Of a stretch of 18,731 nucleotides of DNA, positions 7,453-15,742 are shown one piece after another (within the stretch, counting starts at the first letter, position 1; each line of letters opens with the position of its first letter). A program made the translations under genes and the position numbers. The notes beneath the pieces were generated by a model, which did not search any database, was not told the origin of the DNA, and saw only the letters and a program-made list of their open reading frames with translations. This DNA comes from a virus, in the UHGV virus genome UHGV-0371767, one strand, 5' to 3'.

Positions 7453-7723
7453 GTTTCAGTTCCTCGATCCGGTGTTGTCGTTGTCTCAGCAGCGCGCTGG
7501 TCTGTTCTGCTTCGGCATAGAGCCGCGCCTGCTCCCGGTTATTGGTTTCAGTCAGAATGGACAGGCTGATAAGCTGGCTGTTGCTCTTTGCCAGTGCCTG
7601 GCTTTTGCTCTGCAGCTCGTCTGCCTGCGAGCTGATGGTCTGGCTGGCATCAGCCAGCCGCCACGTCTGCCAGCCCAGCGCCGCCAGTAATAACGCCAGC
7701 ATAACCAGCAGCAACCGGTTCAT
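7295..7723 (-). CDS. lysB: Inner-membrane spanin (Rz-like, LysB)
   Basis: 142-aa ORF with N-terminal transmembrane helix followed by a charged, coiled-coil-like region; ATG at 7723 overlaps the lysA stop. Confidence 0.7.
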   Translation of the reverse strand: MNRLLLVMLALLLAALGWQTWRLADASQTISSQADELQSKSQALAKSNSQLISLSILTETNNREQARLYAEAEQTSALLRQRQHRIEELKRENEDLRRWADTPLPADIIRLRERPVLTGGAAYRQWLSASDAVSVGSGGAAH

Positions 7724-8097
7724 GCTGCTACCTGTTGCGCCATCTGATTACGGGTGATCCAGAAGGCAATAACGGTCAGCAGATAAAAGACCAGGGTAAT
7801 AGCCCACCCCGTCCAGGCGAGACTGACGACAATCAGCAATCGCATCACCCAGCTGATAAATACGTTTTCTTTTCGGGTAATGGTCTTCAGCAAAGATGCC
7901 CTCAACTCCTGCCAGAGCGAGCCATTCTTAATTAACGCAGCCAGTGCTACCGGAATTACCGCCCATGTCAGTAAACAGGCTACCCAAACGCCGGACGCTG
8001 CCAGTACCGGAAAAATCCCCTGCGGATACACCATTGCTGCAATTAACAGCGCCATCCATAACATCAGAAACAGCCCGCTGATTAATTTCTTTTTCAT
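7720..8097 (-). CDS. lysA: Lysis timing membrane protein LysA
   Basis: Highly hydrophobic protein with about four helices; ATG at 8097 lies 1 nt after the endolysin stop (TGAAATG); ORF track start at 8169 would overlap the endolysin gene. Confidence 0.65.
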   Translation of the reverse strand: MKKKLISGLFLMLWMALLIAAMVYPQGIFPVLAASGVWVACLLTWAVIPVALAALIKNGSLWQELRASLLKTITRKENVFISWVMRLLIVVSLAWTGWAITLVFYLLTVIAFWITRNQMAQQVAA

Positions 8098-8098
8098 T

Positions 8099-8611
8099 TC
8101 AGTTTGCTCCCTGTAAACACCAGGCCATCTCCCGCGCACGGCGGTTATCCAGCCCCTGATTAAACACACCTTTCACATAAACCCAGCGCGGCAACTGTCG
8201 GCACGCATCCGCCCAGCGCCGCTGGTTGAGCAATTTCACCAGCGTGGAACTGCAGGCATTGCCCGTTCCCACGTTGAAGGCAAACGACACCACCGCGTCA
8301 TACACCTTTTGCGGCGGCTGTTGTTTCACACACCTTTCCAGTGCCCGCTCCACACGCAGCACATTGGAGATCAGCCCTTCCGCTGCCTGTCGTTCCGTAA
8401 TGGTTTTGCCTGGAATGACGCCCGATGTATTACCAATGCCGTCGGTCCAGACACCCGCGCTGCACTGATACGGCTGCAGACGACAGCCCTCGTAATCGGC
8501 AATCAGTTTCAGCCCCTCCACGGAGGTGTGAAGCTGCTGAAAACCCGGCAGCGTGGCAGCAATAGCCAGCACGGCCCCGACAAGGCAGCGTTTAACGATT
8601 GATGGATTCAT
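8099..8611 (-). CDS. K: Endolysin, T4-lysozyme-like muramidase with N-terminal hydrophobic segment (probable SAR endolysin)
   Basis: 170-aa ORF with strong GGGAGG ribosome-binding site; N-terminal hydrophobic stretch (CLVGAVLAIAATLPG) followed by a lysozyme-like E...C/D...T region (EGLKLIADYEGCRLQPYQCSAGVWTDGIGNT). Confidence 0.75.
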   Translation of the reverse strand: MNPSIVKRCLVGAVLAIAATLPGFQQLHTSVEGLKLIADYEGCRLQPYQCSAGVWTDGIGNTSGVIPGKTITERQAAEGLISNVLRVERALERCVKQQPPQKVYDAVVSFAFNVGTGNACSSTLVKLLNQRRWADACRQLPRWVYVKGVFNQGLDNRRAREMAWCLQGAN

Positions 8612-8807
8612 AGTCCTCCCGCGAGATCTGCCCGTCGCGCAGAAGCTGGTAGGCTTTGTGTTTGTAGTACCAGTTGATAGCCAGCATCAGCACACCGATC
8701 ATCAGGCCGCCCAGCGTTGAGGCATCCTTGATGGACAAATCGCCCAGCCAGGCCAGCACGACGGCGATGCAATACGTGATAAAGGCGCTGATTCGCTCAA
8801 GCGTCAT
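8592..8807 (-). CDS. Y: Holin (small, two transmembrane helices; pinholin-like)
   Basis: 71-aa ORF immediately upstream of the endolysin with two hydrophobic helices and a charged C-terminus; holin position in the lysis cassette. Confidence 0.65.
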   Translation of the reverse strand: MTLERISAFITYCIAVVLAWLGDLSIKDASTLGGLMIGVLMLAINWYYKHKAYQLLRDGQISREDYESINR

Positions 8808-8810
8808 AAT

Positions 8811-9014
8811 TCAGTCCCATAGCTGGACGGTCTGCACGGTGGTGGTGGTCGGAATGTCCGGCAGCTCCACCTGCAGCCCGTGAGGTAAAAAGGGGCCGTA
8901 TTCGGCAAGCCCCGGATTTGCCTTCAGTACCTGCTCCGTGACACCCTGCGTGCGCCCGTAATGACGCCAGCAAAGCGCGTCCACCGTGTCATACTGATGC
9001 GCACGCACTTTCAT
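8811..9014 (-). CDS. X: Tail protein X
   Basis: 67-aa ORF between head completion gene and holin; size and position as for P2 gpX. Confidence 0.7.
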   Translation of the reverse strand: MKVRAHQYDTVDALCWRHYGRTQGVTEQVLKANPGLAEYGPFLPHGLQVELPDIPTTTTVQTVQLWD

Positions 9015-9478
9015 CAGATAAGCTCCACTGTGCAGTGCGGCGCATCCTGCACCCGGCTGATGGCCCAGCGGGCGTCACGCCACAAATCACCGCTGGATTC
9101 CGCCAGTTCCTCGCCTCGCTTCACACCGGATGCCGTGGCGTCATAGTCCTGGTATCGTTCGTTGAGCATGGCGCGTGCCCAGCAGTAAACCGCGTTGAAA
9201 TAGTGCTGAATGCGCTCACTTTTGCCGTCCAGCTGTTCCGCCGGAACCTCAGCCAGCGACACATACCCCAGCATCTGCTGACGTCTGCGAAACTCATACA
9301 GCTCTGCGTTGACCTCCGAAATTGCCGACAGCGCAACCTGCTTTAAACGCGGCTGCGTCACCGTGCCGTCAGTGCGCATGACACTGCGAAATTCCGACAG
9401 GTCCACATCAGGCCAGAACGGCGTGTTTCTGATGATTTCCGCCTGTTCCGGTGCCTGTTCTGGCGCAACAAACTTCAT
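9014..9478 (-). CDS. L: Head completion/stabilisation protein L
   Basis: Resembles P2 gpL as recalled; the ATG at 9478 has an AGGAGA ribosome-binding site, whereas the ORF-track start at 9541 is GTG with none. Confidence 0.7.
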   Translation of the reverse strand: MKFVAPEQAPEQAEIIRNTPFWPDVDLSEFRSVMRTDGTVTQPRLKQVALSAISEVNAELYEFRRRQQMLGYVSLAEVPAEQLDGKSERIQHYFNAVYCWARAMLNERYQDYDATASGVKRGEELAESSGDLWRDARWAISRVQDAPHCTVELI

Positions 9479-9573
9479 GCTGCTTTCTCCTGAAATAGAG
9501 GGCGGTGGACGGGGTTTTGATATGGCAGTGCCTTTCGCCACCCCGTGCCGCCCGTGCGCGGGGGCACGTTCTG

Positions 9574-10224
9574 TCAGCGGCTGTCATTGCGCAGTCTGCG
9601 CTCCAGCTGCTGTTTGTCTTTTTTCACGCCACAGCGGGGATCGAGCTGTAACGCATGGTTGAGATGATTAAGGGCGGACGCCGGATTGTTTTCACTCAGG
9701 ACAGCGCCAATCGCTTTATGCAGACGCGCCCGTGACTGGTCCGGCATATCCATACCGTCTGTCAGCTCCAGCGTCTGCAGCAACAGATCGGCATCAAAGC
9801 CGGTGGCGGCAAGCATTGCGCTCTGGGCTGCATCTGCCATTTCCTCTGCCAGCACGGTCTGCACGTTGCGGTTACCTAACGGCATCACCCAGCCATGACG
9901 CAGGGCGTGACGCCCGATCTCCAGCCCCCCGGCATAATCTCCGGCATCAATGCGCCACAGCATCACGTACATCAGCACGTCATCCTGCTGTGCGCCTCCG
10001 GCAGCCAGGACACCCTCCGCCCAGGCGGCGTACTTCGGCAGCAGCTCCACTTTGATTTCCGCTTTTTTGACCGTGGACTGAACCCCCTTGAGACGGCGGC
10101 GGTCTTCCGCCAGTTGCAGCAGCATCAGGTCATAGCCCGACGCGTGGCGAACACTGCCGCCCTCGCGGGCGGCCTGTTCAGCCTGAACGCGCAGGCGATG
10201 CTGCCGTGCGGGACTCAGGCTCAT
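9574..10224 (-). CDS. M: Terminase endonuclease (small) subunit M
   Basis: 216-aa ORF following the capsid gene in the O-N-M-L order; ATG at 10224. Confidence 0.7.
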   Translation of the reverse strand: MSLSPARQHRLRVQAEQAAREGGSVRHASGYDLMLLQLAEDRRRLKGVQSTVKKAEIKVELLPKYAAWAEGVLAAGGAQQDDVLMYVMLWRIDAGDYAGGLEIGRHALRHGWVMPLGNRNVQTVLAEEMADAAQSAMLAATGFDADLLLQTLELTDGMDMPDQSRARLHKAIGAVLSENNPASALNHLNHALQLDPRCGVKKDKQQLERRLRNDSR

Positions 10225-10227
10225 GGA

Positions 10228-11286
10228 TTACGCTCCGGTTTCTGCTGCGGCGGCGCTGAAGTCGCCAATCTGGATGTTTTCCACCAGTGCGGCGCAGCGG
10301 TAGTCCTCAACCACATAGGCTTCGTTAACGGATTCAAAGTTTTCAATCCGGTCACGTTTCGGGTTGTCGATAACTGAACGGCGGCGGGTGTCTTCCTGCC
10401 AGTAGATGGACAGGTTATCCAGACGGGTGATCAGCAGCGCATTCGGCGGGAAGAACGGCGCACGCACGGCCTGCAGGCCACCCATGCGTTTCTGACTGAT
10501 GATCATATCGGCAGCCAGTTTTTCACTGTTTTCCTGCTCTTTGTTGACCAGTGGGAAATACTTGTCAGACAGCAGTTCACGACCGCAAATCACCACCAGA
10601 TCGTCATCGTCCTGGTAGACCACGTCGATAAGCTCATTAACGGCATCCATCACCACGGCGTCCAAGTTGGCATATTCGCCACCTTTACCAACTTTCACCG
10701 CACCCGGTGTGGTTTCACCGCCCGTGGTGGTGCTGCCCATGACGTGATCCGGTGCATCCTCACGGATTTTCTGCAGCCAGCCTTTGTTTACATCCTGCAG
10801 CAGCGGGTTTTCACTACGGTTGGAGGTTTTCGCACGCTTCACGCCGTTAAAGCCGATCATGATGCGGTCCAGAGCCTGACGTTTCACGATGGCGTCACGG
10901 ATACGCACCTGAAAATCCTGAAACTTCGCCCACAGGTCCAGCTTCGCGTAGGTCAGTACCGTGTCAAAGTTGGTCTGCTCGCATTTATATTCCACATCGA
11001 CCATCAGCGTCGGATCGACAGGTTCACGCTCTTTCGCGGTGGTGTCAGTGGTTCCGGCAATGGTGCTGCCAACTCCCAACCCCAGCAGCTGACCGGACTG
11101 CTCAGTCACTGGCGTGACGTTAATCAGCGTCAGGAAAGCGGCGGACTGCTGGATCTGGTCTTCCAATGTCTGCTGCACGGACGGCTCTACGGTGAACTTG
11201 CTGGACAGTTCTTCAACTGCCACACCGTTCAGACGCGCCAGCTGCTTCAGGTAAGCGTTAAAAGCAAAGCGGGTATTCTTCTTCAT
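10228..11286 (-). CDS. N: Major capsid protein N
   Basis: 352-aa ORF with GGAG ribosome-binding site; size and position match P2 gpN (recalled as about 357 aa). Confidence 0.8.
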   Translation of the reverse strand: MKKNTRFAFNAYLKQLARLNGVAVEELSSKFTVEPSVQQTLEDQIQQSAAFLTLINVTPVTEQSGQLLGLGVGSTIAGTTDTTAKEREPVDPTLMVDVEYKCEQTNFDTVLTYAKLDLWAKFQDFQVRIRDAIVKRQALDRIMIGFNGVKRAKTSNRSENPLLQDVNKGWLQKIREDAPDHVMGSTTTGGETTPGAVKVGKGGEYANLDAVVMDAVNELIDVVYQDDDDLVVICGRELLSDKYFPLVNKEQENSEKLAADMIISQKRMGGLQAVRAPFFPPNALLITRLDNLSIYWQEDTRRRSVIDNPKRDRIENFESVNEAYVVEDYRCAALVENIQIGDFSAAAAETGA

Positions 11287-11302
11287 CAGGTTTTGTGCTC
11301 CA

Positions 11303-12136
11303 TCAGCAATTGGTCAGAGTGTCAGCGGGGGCGTTACCGCCTGTTGCACGCTGGCGGTAGTCCTGGCGGCTGTCTTCTTGGCTCAACTTGTCCACCAGTT
11401 CGTTAAAGGCGGTCTGCTGTGCCTGCAGGGCAGTCTCCAGCTCAGACAGGCGTTCTTCCTGCTCAGACAGGGATTTTTCGGTGCGCGCACTCAGGTTCTG
11501 CTGCTCAGTGGCGACCAGTTCCACGGCCTTATGCACATCAGAGAACCGGGCATCATCGGACTGCTCTTTTTTGGTGAACAGCGCTGTGACACGGGCAAAC
11601 AGGGACGGTTTGTCATCCTGGATTTCTTCCAGTTCGATCACCGTTTCCTCTGCAGCGGTAAAAAGATTGGCGGGATTCTGCTTGCGGTTTGCCAGCGGGT
11701 TATGAGCTGCACTGGCGCTGAATGTCAGCATTTCAGTGCCCAGACTGGCAGGGTCATCAGTGGCAGCCAGGCCGACCAGGTAGGCTTTGCCCGTATCAGC
11801 GAACTTCGGGCTGACTTCCATAGAGGTGAATAATTTCTGGCCTTTTTTCACCAGTTCCACCAGGGACTCCGTTGGCTCAACGTCGGCATACAGCGCCATC
11901 TTGCCTGCCAGCGGACCTTCCGTGATTTCTTCAGCAAACAGCGCCGTCACCTTGCCGTAGCGGTTAAAGGTGCTGTCCGGCAGATAAGACTTGATGTGCT
12001 CAAGGTTAATCAGCGCGGTATACACCGCCGGGTTGTAGCTGGCTGCCATCTGTTCCAGCCATTCACGCTGGATTTCGCGTCCGTCGGTGGTGGCACCTTC
12101 CACCCCGATGCGAAAACGCTTTGCTTTCACTGTCAT
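11303..12136 (-). CDS. O: Capsid scaffolding protein O
   Basis: 277-aa ORF, acidic, coiled-coil-rich C-terminal half; first gene of the leftward late operon, divergent from P. Confidence 0.75.
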   Translation of the reverse strand: MTVKAKRFRIGVEGATTDGREIQREWLEQMAASYNPAVYTALINLEHIKSYLPDSTFNRYGKVTALFAEEITEGPLAGKMALYADVEPTESLVELVKKGQKLFTSMEVSPKFADTGKAYLVGLAATDDPASLGTEMLTFSASAAHNPLANRKQNPANLFTAAEETVIELEEIQDDKPSLFARVTALFTKKEQSDDARFSDVHKAVELVATEQQNLSARTEKSLSEQEERLSELETALQAQQTAFNELVDKLSQEDSRQDYRQRATGGNAPADTLTNC

Positions 12137-12214
12137 GAGCCGTGCTCCGTTAGAAAAAACTTACTGGAGCCTTATGGTTGCGGTGATGGGGGCAGTGAAA
12201 CAATGCGCGGTATT

Positions 12215-12232
12215 TGTACCGACAACCACACA
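12215..12232. promoter_or_regulatory. TGT-N12-ACA box in the divergent O/P intergenic region (candidate Ogr/Delta activator site for the O-operon late promoter)
   Basis: TGT at 12215-12217, 12-nt spacer, ACA at 12230-12232. The centre is about 87 nt upstream of the O start codon, compatible with a -55 site and a roughly 30-nt leader; too close to the P start to serve P. Confidence 0.4.
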
Positions 12233-12278
12233 AACCGCAGGCGGGGAAAGCCTTCATTCAAGGCTGTAGGTTTGTGCC

Positions 12279-14045
12279 ATGAACACCACACTGACACCCG
12301 CAGATCTCGATCCCCGTCGGCAGGCCATGCTGCTGTACTTTCAGGGATACCGCGTAGCCCGCATTGCTGAAATGCTGGGCGAGAAAGTTGCAACCGTTCA
12401 CAGCTGGAAAAAACGCGACAAGTGGGGTGACTATGGGCCGCTGGATCAGATGCAGCTCACCACCGCCGCCCGCTACTGCCAGCTCATTATGAAGGAGCAC
12501 AAAGAAGGGAAAGATTTCAAAGAGATTGACCTGCTGGCGCGCCAGTCGGAGCGCCACGCGCGGATCGGCAAGTTTAACAATGGCGGCAACGAAGCCGACT
12601 TAAACCCAAACGTCGCCAACCGCAACAAAGGCCCGCGCCGTCAGCCGGAAAAGAATGTTTTCACCGATGAACAGATTGAGAAGCTGGAAGAAATCTTCCA
12701 TTCCTCCATGTTCAACTACCAGCGCCACTGGTGGGAAGCCGGAAAAACCAACCGCATCCGCAACCTGCTGAAGTCACGCCAGATCGGCGCGACCTTTTAC
12801 TTTGCCCGTGAAGCCCTGATTGACGCCCTGCTGACCGGGCGTAACCAGATTTTCCTTTCCGCCAGTAAGGCACAGGCGCACGTCTTTAAGCAGTACATCA
12901 TCGACTTCGCCAAAGAAGTGGAAGTGGAGCTGAAAGGCGATCCGATGGTGCTTCCTAACGGTGCCACGCTTTACTTCCTCGGCACCAATGCCCGCACGGC
13001 CCAGAGTTATCACGGCAACCTGTATCTGGATGAATATTTCTGGATACCGAAATTTCAGGAGCTGCGCAAAGTGGCTTCCGGTATGGCTATTCACAAGAAA
13101 TGGCGGCAGACCTATTTTTCCACGCCATCCAGCCTGACACACAGTGCTTATCCGTTCTGGTCCGGTGCGCTGTTCAACCGTGGGCGCAACAAAGCTGACA
13201 AGGTGGACATCGACCTGTCCCACAGCAATCTGGCCCCCGGCCTGCTGTGCGCAGACGGGCAATACCGCCAGATAGTCACCGTGGAAGATGCGGTGCGCGG
13301 CGGCTGTAACCTGTTCGACCTCGACCAGCTACGCATGGAGTACAGCCCGGACGAATACCAGAACCTGCTGATGTGCGAGTTCGTGGACGATCTCGCGTCC
13401 GTGTTCCCGCTCAGCGAACTGCAGGCGTGCATGGTGGACAGCTGGGAAGTCTGGACCGACTTTCATGCACTGGCCCTGCGCCCGTTTGGCTGGCGCGAAG
13501 TGTGGATCGGTTATGACCCGGCGAAAGGTACGCAGAACGGCGACAGTGCCGGATGCGTGGTGGTGGCTCCGCCAGCCGTGCCAGGCGGCAAGTTCCGCAT
13601 TCTTGAGCGTCACCAGTGGCGCGGGATGGACTTTCGCGCCCAGGCTGACGCCATCAAAAAACTGACCGAACAGTACAATGTGACCTATATCGGTATCGAC
13701 TCAACCGGCGTTGGTCACGGGGTTTACGAGAACGTGAAAGCGTTTTTTCCTGCCGTCCGGGAGTTTGTCTACAACCCCAACGTTAAAAACGCCCTGGTAC
13801 TCAAGGCCTACGACATTATCAGCCACCGCCGTCTGGAGTTTGACGCCGGACACACCGACATAGCACAGTCCTTTATGGCAATCCGTCGTGCCACCACCGC
13901 CAGCGGCAACCGCCCGACCTATGAAGCCAGCCGCAGCGAAGAAGCCAGCCACGCCGATCTGGCTTGGGCAACAATGCACGCACTGTTTAACGAACCACTG
14001 CAAGGCGAGTCCGCCAATACCAGTAATATTGTGGAGATTTTTTGA
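12279..14045 (+). CDS. P: Terminase ATPase (large) subunit P
   Basis: 588-aa ORF, size matching P2 gpP (recalled as about 590 aa); stop overlaps the portal start (TGATG). Confidence 0.85.
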   Translation: MNTTLTPADLDPRRQAMLLYFQGYRVARIAEMLGEKVATVHSWKKRDKWGDYGPLDQMQLTTAARYCQLIMKEHKEGKDFKEIDLLARQSERHARIGKFNNGGNEADLNPNVANRNKGPRRQPEKNVFTDEQIEKLEEIFHSSMFNYQRHWWEAGKTNRIRNLLKSRQIGATFYFAREALIDALLTGRNQIFLSASKAQAHVFKQYIIDFAKEVEVELKGDPMVLPNGATLYFLGTNARTAQSYHGNLYLDEYFWIPKFQELRKVASGMAIHKKWRQTYFSTPSSLTHSAYPFWSGALFNRGRNKADKVDIDLSHSNLAPGLLCADGQYRQIVTVEDAVRGGCNLFDLDQLRMEYSPDEYQNLLMCEFVDDLASVFPLSELQACMVDSWEVWTDFHALALRPFGWREVWIGYDPAKGTQNGDSAGCVVVAPPAVPGGKFRILERHQWRGMDFRAQADAIKKLTEQYNVTYIGIDSTGVGHGVYENVKAFFPAVREFVYNPNVKNALVLKAYDIISHRRLEFDAGHTDIAQSFMAIRRATTASGNRPTYEASRSEEASHADLAWATMHALFNEPLQGESANTSNIVEIF

Positions 14046-15076
14046 TGGGAAAGAGTAAGAAGAACCGCGCTGCGTCGACGAACCAGATCCAGCATAAAAG
14101 CCAGACTTCAGCCGAAGCATTCAGCTTCGGTGATCCCGTTCCTGTTCTGGACCGCCGCGAACTACTGGACTATGTGGAATGCGTACAGACAGATCGCTGG
14201 TATGAGCCGCCAGTAAGCTTTGACGGACTGGCGCGCACCTTCCGCGCCGCCGTGCATCACAGTTCACCAATTGCGGTGAAATGCAACATTCTGACCAGTA
14301 CCTACATCCCTCACCCGCTGCTCAGCCAGCAGGCTTTTTCACGTTTTGTGCAGGACTATCTGGTATTTGGTAACGCCTACCTGGAGAAACGCACGAACCG
14401 CTTCGGTGAAGTTATCGCCCTTGAGCCAGCTTTGGCAAAATACACCCGACGCGGATTAGACCTGGATACCTACTGGTTTGTGCAATACGGTATGACAGCC
14501 CAGCCGTATCAGTTCACGAAAGGCAGCATTTTTCATCTGATGGAACCGGACATCAACCAGGAGATCTACGGCCTGCCCGGTTATCTTTCTGCCATTCCAT
14601 CCGCCCTGCTCAACGAATCCGCCACGCTGTTCCGCCGCAAGTATTACATTAACGGCAGTCATGCTGGCTTCATCATGTACATGACCGACGCCGCGCAGAA
14701 CCAGGAAGATGTGAACAACCTCCGTAATGCGATGAAAAGCGCCAAAGGCCCAGGCAATTTCCGCAACCTGTTTATGTACTCGCCTAACGGCAAAAAGGAT
14801 GGTCTTCAGATTATCCCGTTATCAGAAGTCGCGGCAAAGGATGAATTTCTTAACATCAAGAACGTCAGCCGTGATGATATGATGGCGGCGCATCGTGTAC
14901 CGCCACAGATGATGGGGATTATGCCGAATAATGTTGGGGGGTTTGGGGATGTGGAGAAGGCGGCAAATGTATTTGTGCGTAATGAGCTTATTCCATTACA
15001 AAAAATACTCGAAGAAATAAATAATTGGTTAGACAATACAATAATACAATTCAAAAATTACTCATTGACGATGTAA
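14045..15076 (+). CDS. Q: Portal (capsid vertex) protein Q
   Basis: 343 aa from the ATG at 14045 (the ORF track starts 3 nt earlier at a TTG); size and position match P2 gpQ. Confidence 0.85.
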   Translation: MGKSKKNRAASTNQIQHKSQTSAEAFSFGDPVPVLDRRELLDYVECVQTDRWYEPPVSFDGLARTFRAAVHHSSPIAVKCNILTSTYIPHPLLSQQAFSRFVQDYLVFGNAYLEKRTNRFGEVIALEPALAKYTRRGLDLDTYWFVQYGMTAQPYQFTKGSIFHLMEPDINQEIYGLPGYLSAIPSALLNESATLFRRKYYINGSHAGFIMYMTDAAQNQEDVNNLRNAMKSAKGPGNFRNLFMYSPNGKKDGLQIIPLSEVAAKDEFLNIKNVSRDDMMAAHRVPPQMMGIMPNNVGGFGDVEKAANVFVRNELIPLQKILEEINNWLDNTIIQFKNYSLTM

Positions 15077-15080
15077 ATTA

Positions 15081-15110
15081 AAATTTAGCTGGCTAATGCC
15101 AGCTAAATTT
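15081..15110. terminator. Bidirectional intrinsic terminator between convergent genes Q and the cargo operon
   Basis: Perfect 13-bp stem AAATTTAGCTGGC / GCCAGCTAAATTT with 4-nt loop TAAT, flanked by A/T runs on both sides; sits between the Q stop (15074..15076) and the cargo gene stop (15113..15115). Confidence 0.7.
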
Positions 15111-15112
15111 TA

Positions 15113-15742
15113 TCATTTCAAATAACGACAATCAGTTTCCCTATCAAGAAAATCAATCATTTCATCATTTGTATAATGTGCATTCAAACCAATTTTAAAC
15201 GTTGGCGGATTAGAATAAAAGACGTCGAAATGATATAATGGATGACGATTTCCATTAGCCCTTTCTTCATCGACATCATATCTAATATAACCATCCTCAT
15301 AAGTTAACAACATTCTAAGAAAAGGCCAAAACCCGGGAATACCTTGATGTTCTTCAATATTTAACAATGGTTCAAAAAAGGCCCAAGAAGAACTATTCAA
15401 ATAAGAGGAGTCATTAATAAAAGAAATGACTTTTGATGTTACAAAACTATCTATACACTCCATTTCTGGACTACTAAATAAAATCTGACCATTAATTTCA
15501 TCAAGAAAAAAAGGAAATGCAAGAGAATAATATTTATTTTCACTAAAGAAGAAAACTCGACTCATCTTTGATATATGAAGTTTCACTCTCCCAACCACAT
15601 TCTGTTCGCATGGTTCTGTATAAACAGAAATTAGTTTGATTAATCTCATCAATATTTCAATAACATCTTTCTTTGTTCGTATTGGCTTAAAGGCCCAGTC
15701 ACACTGAGCCTGCTCCAGACTAAAATAATACTCTTTATTCAC
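15113..15742 (-). CDS. Cargo gene B: 209-aa soluble protein of unknown function, translationally coupled to the upstream helicase-like gene
   Basis: GTG start at 15742..15740 preceded by AGGAG 5 nt upstream and overlapping the upstream stop (GTGA); AT-rich composition; no recognisable catalytic motif. Confidence 0.65.
   Translation of the reverse strand: MNKEYYFSLEQAQCDWAFKPIRTKKDVIEILMRLIKLISVYTEPCEQNVVGRVKLHISKMSRVFFFSENKYYSLAFPFFLDEINGQILFSSPEMECIDSFVTSKVISFINDSSYLNSSSWAFFEPLLNIEEHQGIPGFWPFLRMLLTYEDGYIRYDVDEERANGNRHPLYHFDVFYSNPPTFKIGLNAHYTNDEMIDFLDRETDCRYLK

Noticed and set aside
9542-9573. GC-rich stem-loop between M and L considered as an intrinsic terminator
   Set aside because: On the transcribed (minus) strand the hairpin is not followed by a U-run, and it lies inside a late operon that must read through; at most an RNA structure or attenuator, not a confident terminator call.
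10744-11833. Long plus-strand ORFs (10744..11406, 11378..11833, 11388..11705) antisense to capsid and scaffold genes
   Set aside because: They overlap genes N and O, whose size, order and ribosome-binding sites are convincing; no independent start signals.
12774-13613. Minus-strand ORFs inside the terminase gene P (12774..13262, 13148..13432, 13329..13613)
   Set aside because: Contained within the 588-aa terminase ORF on the opposite strand; typical shadow ORFs.
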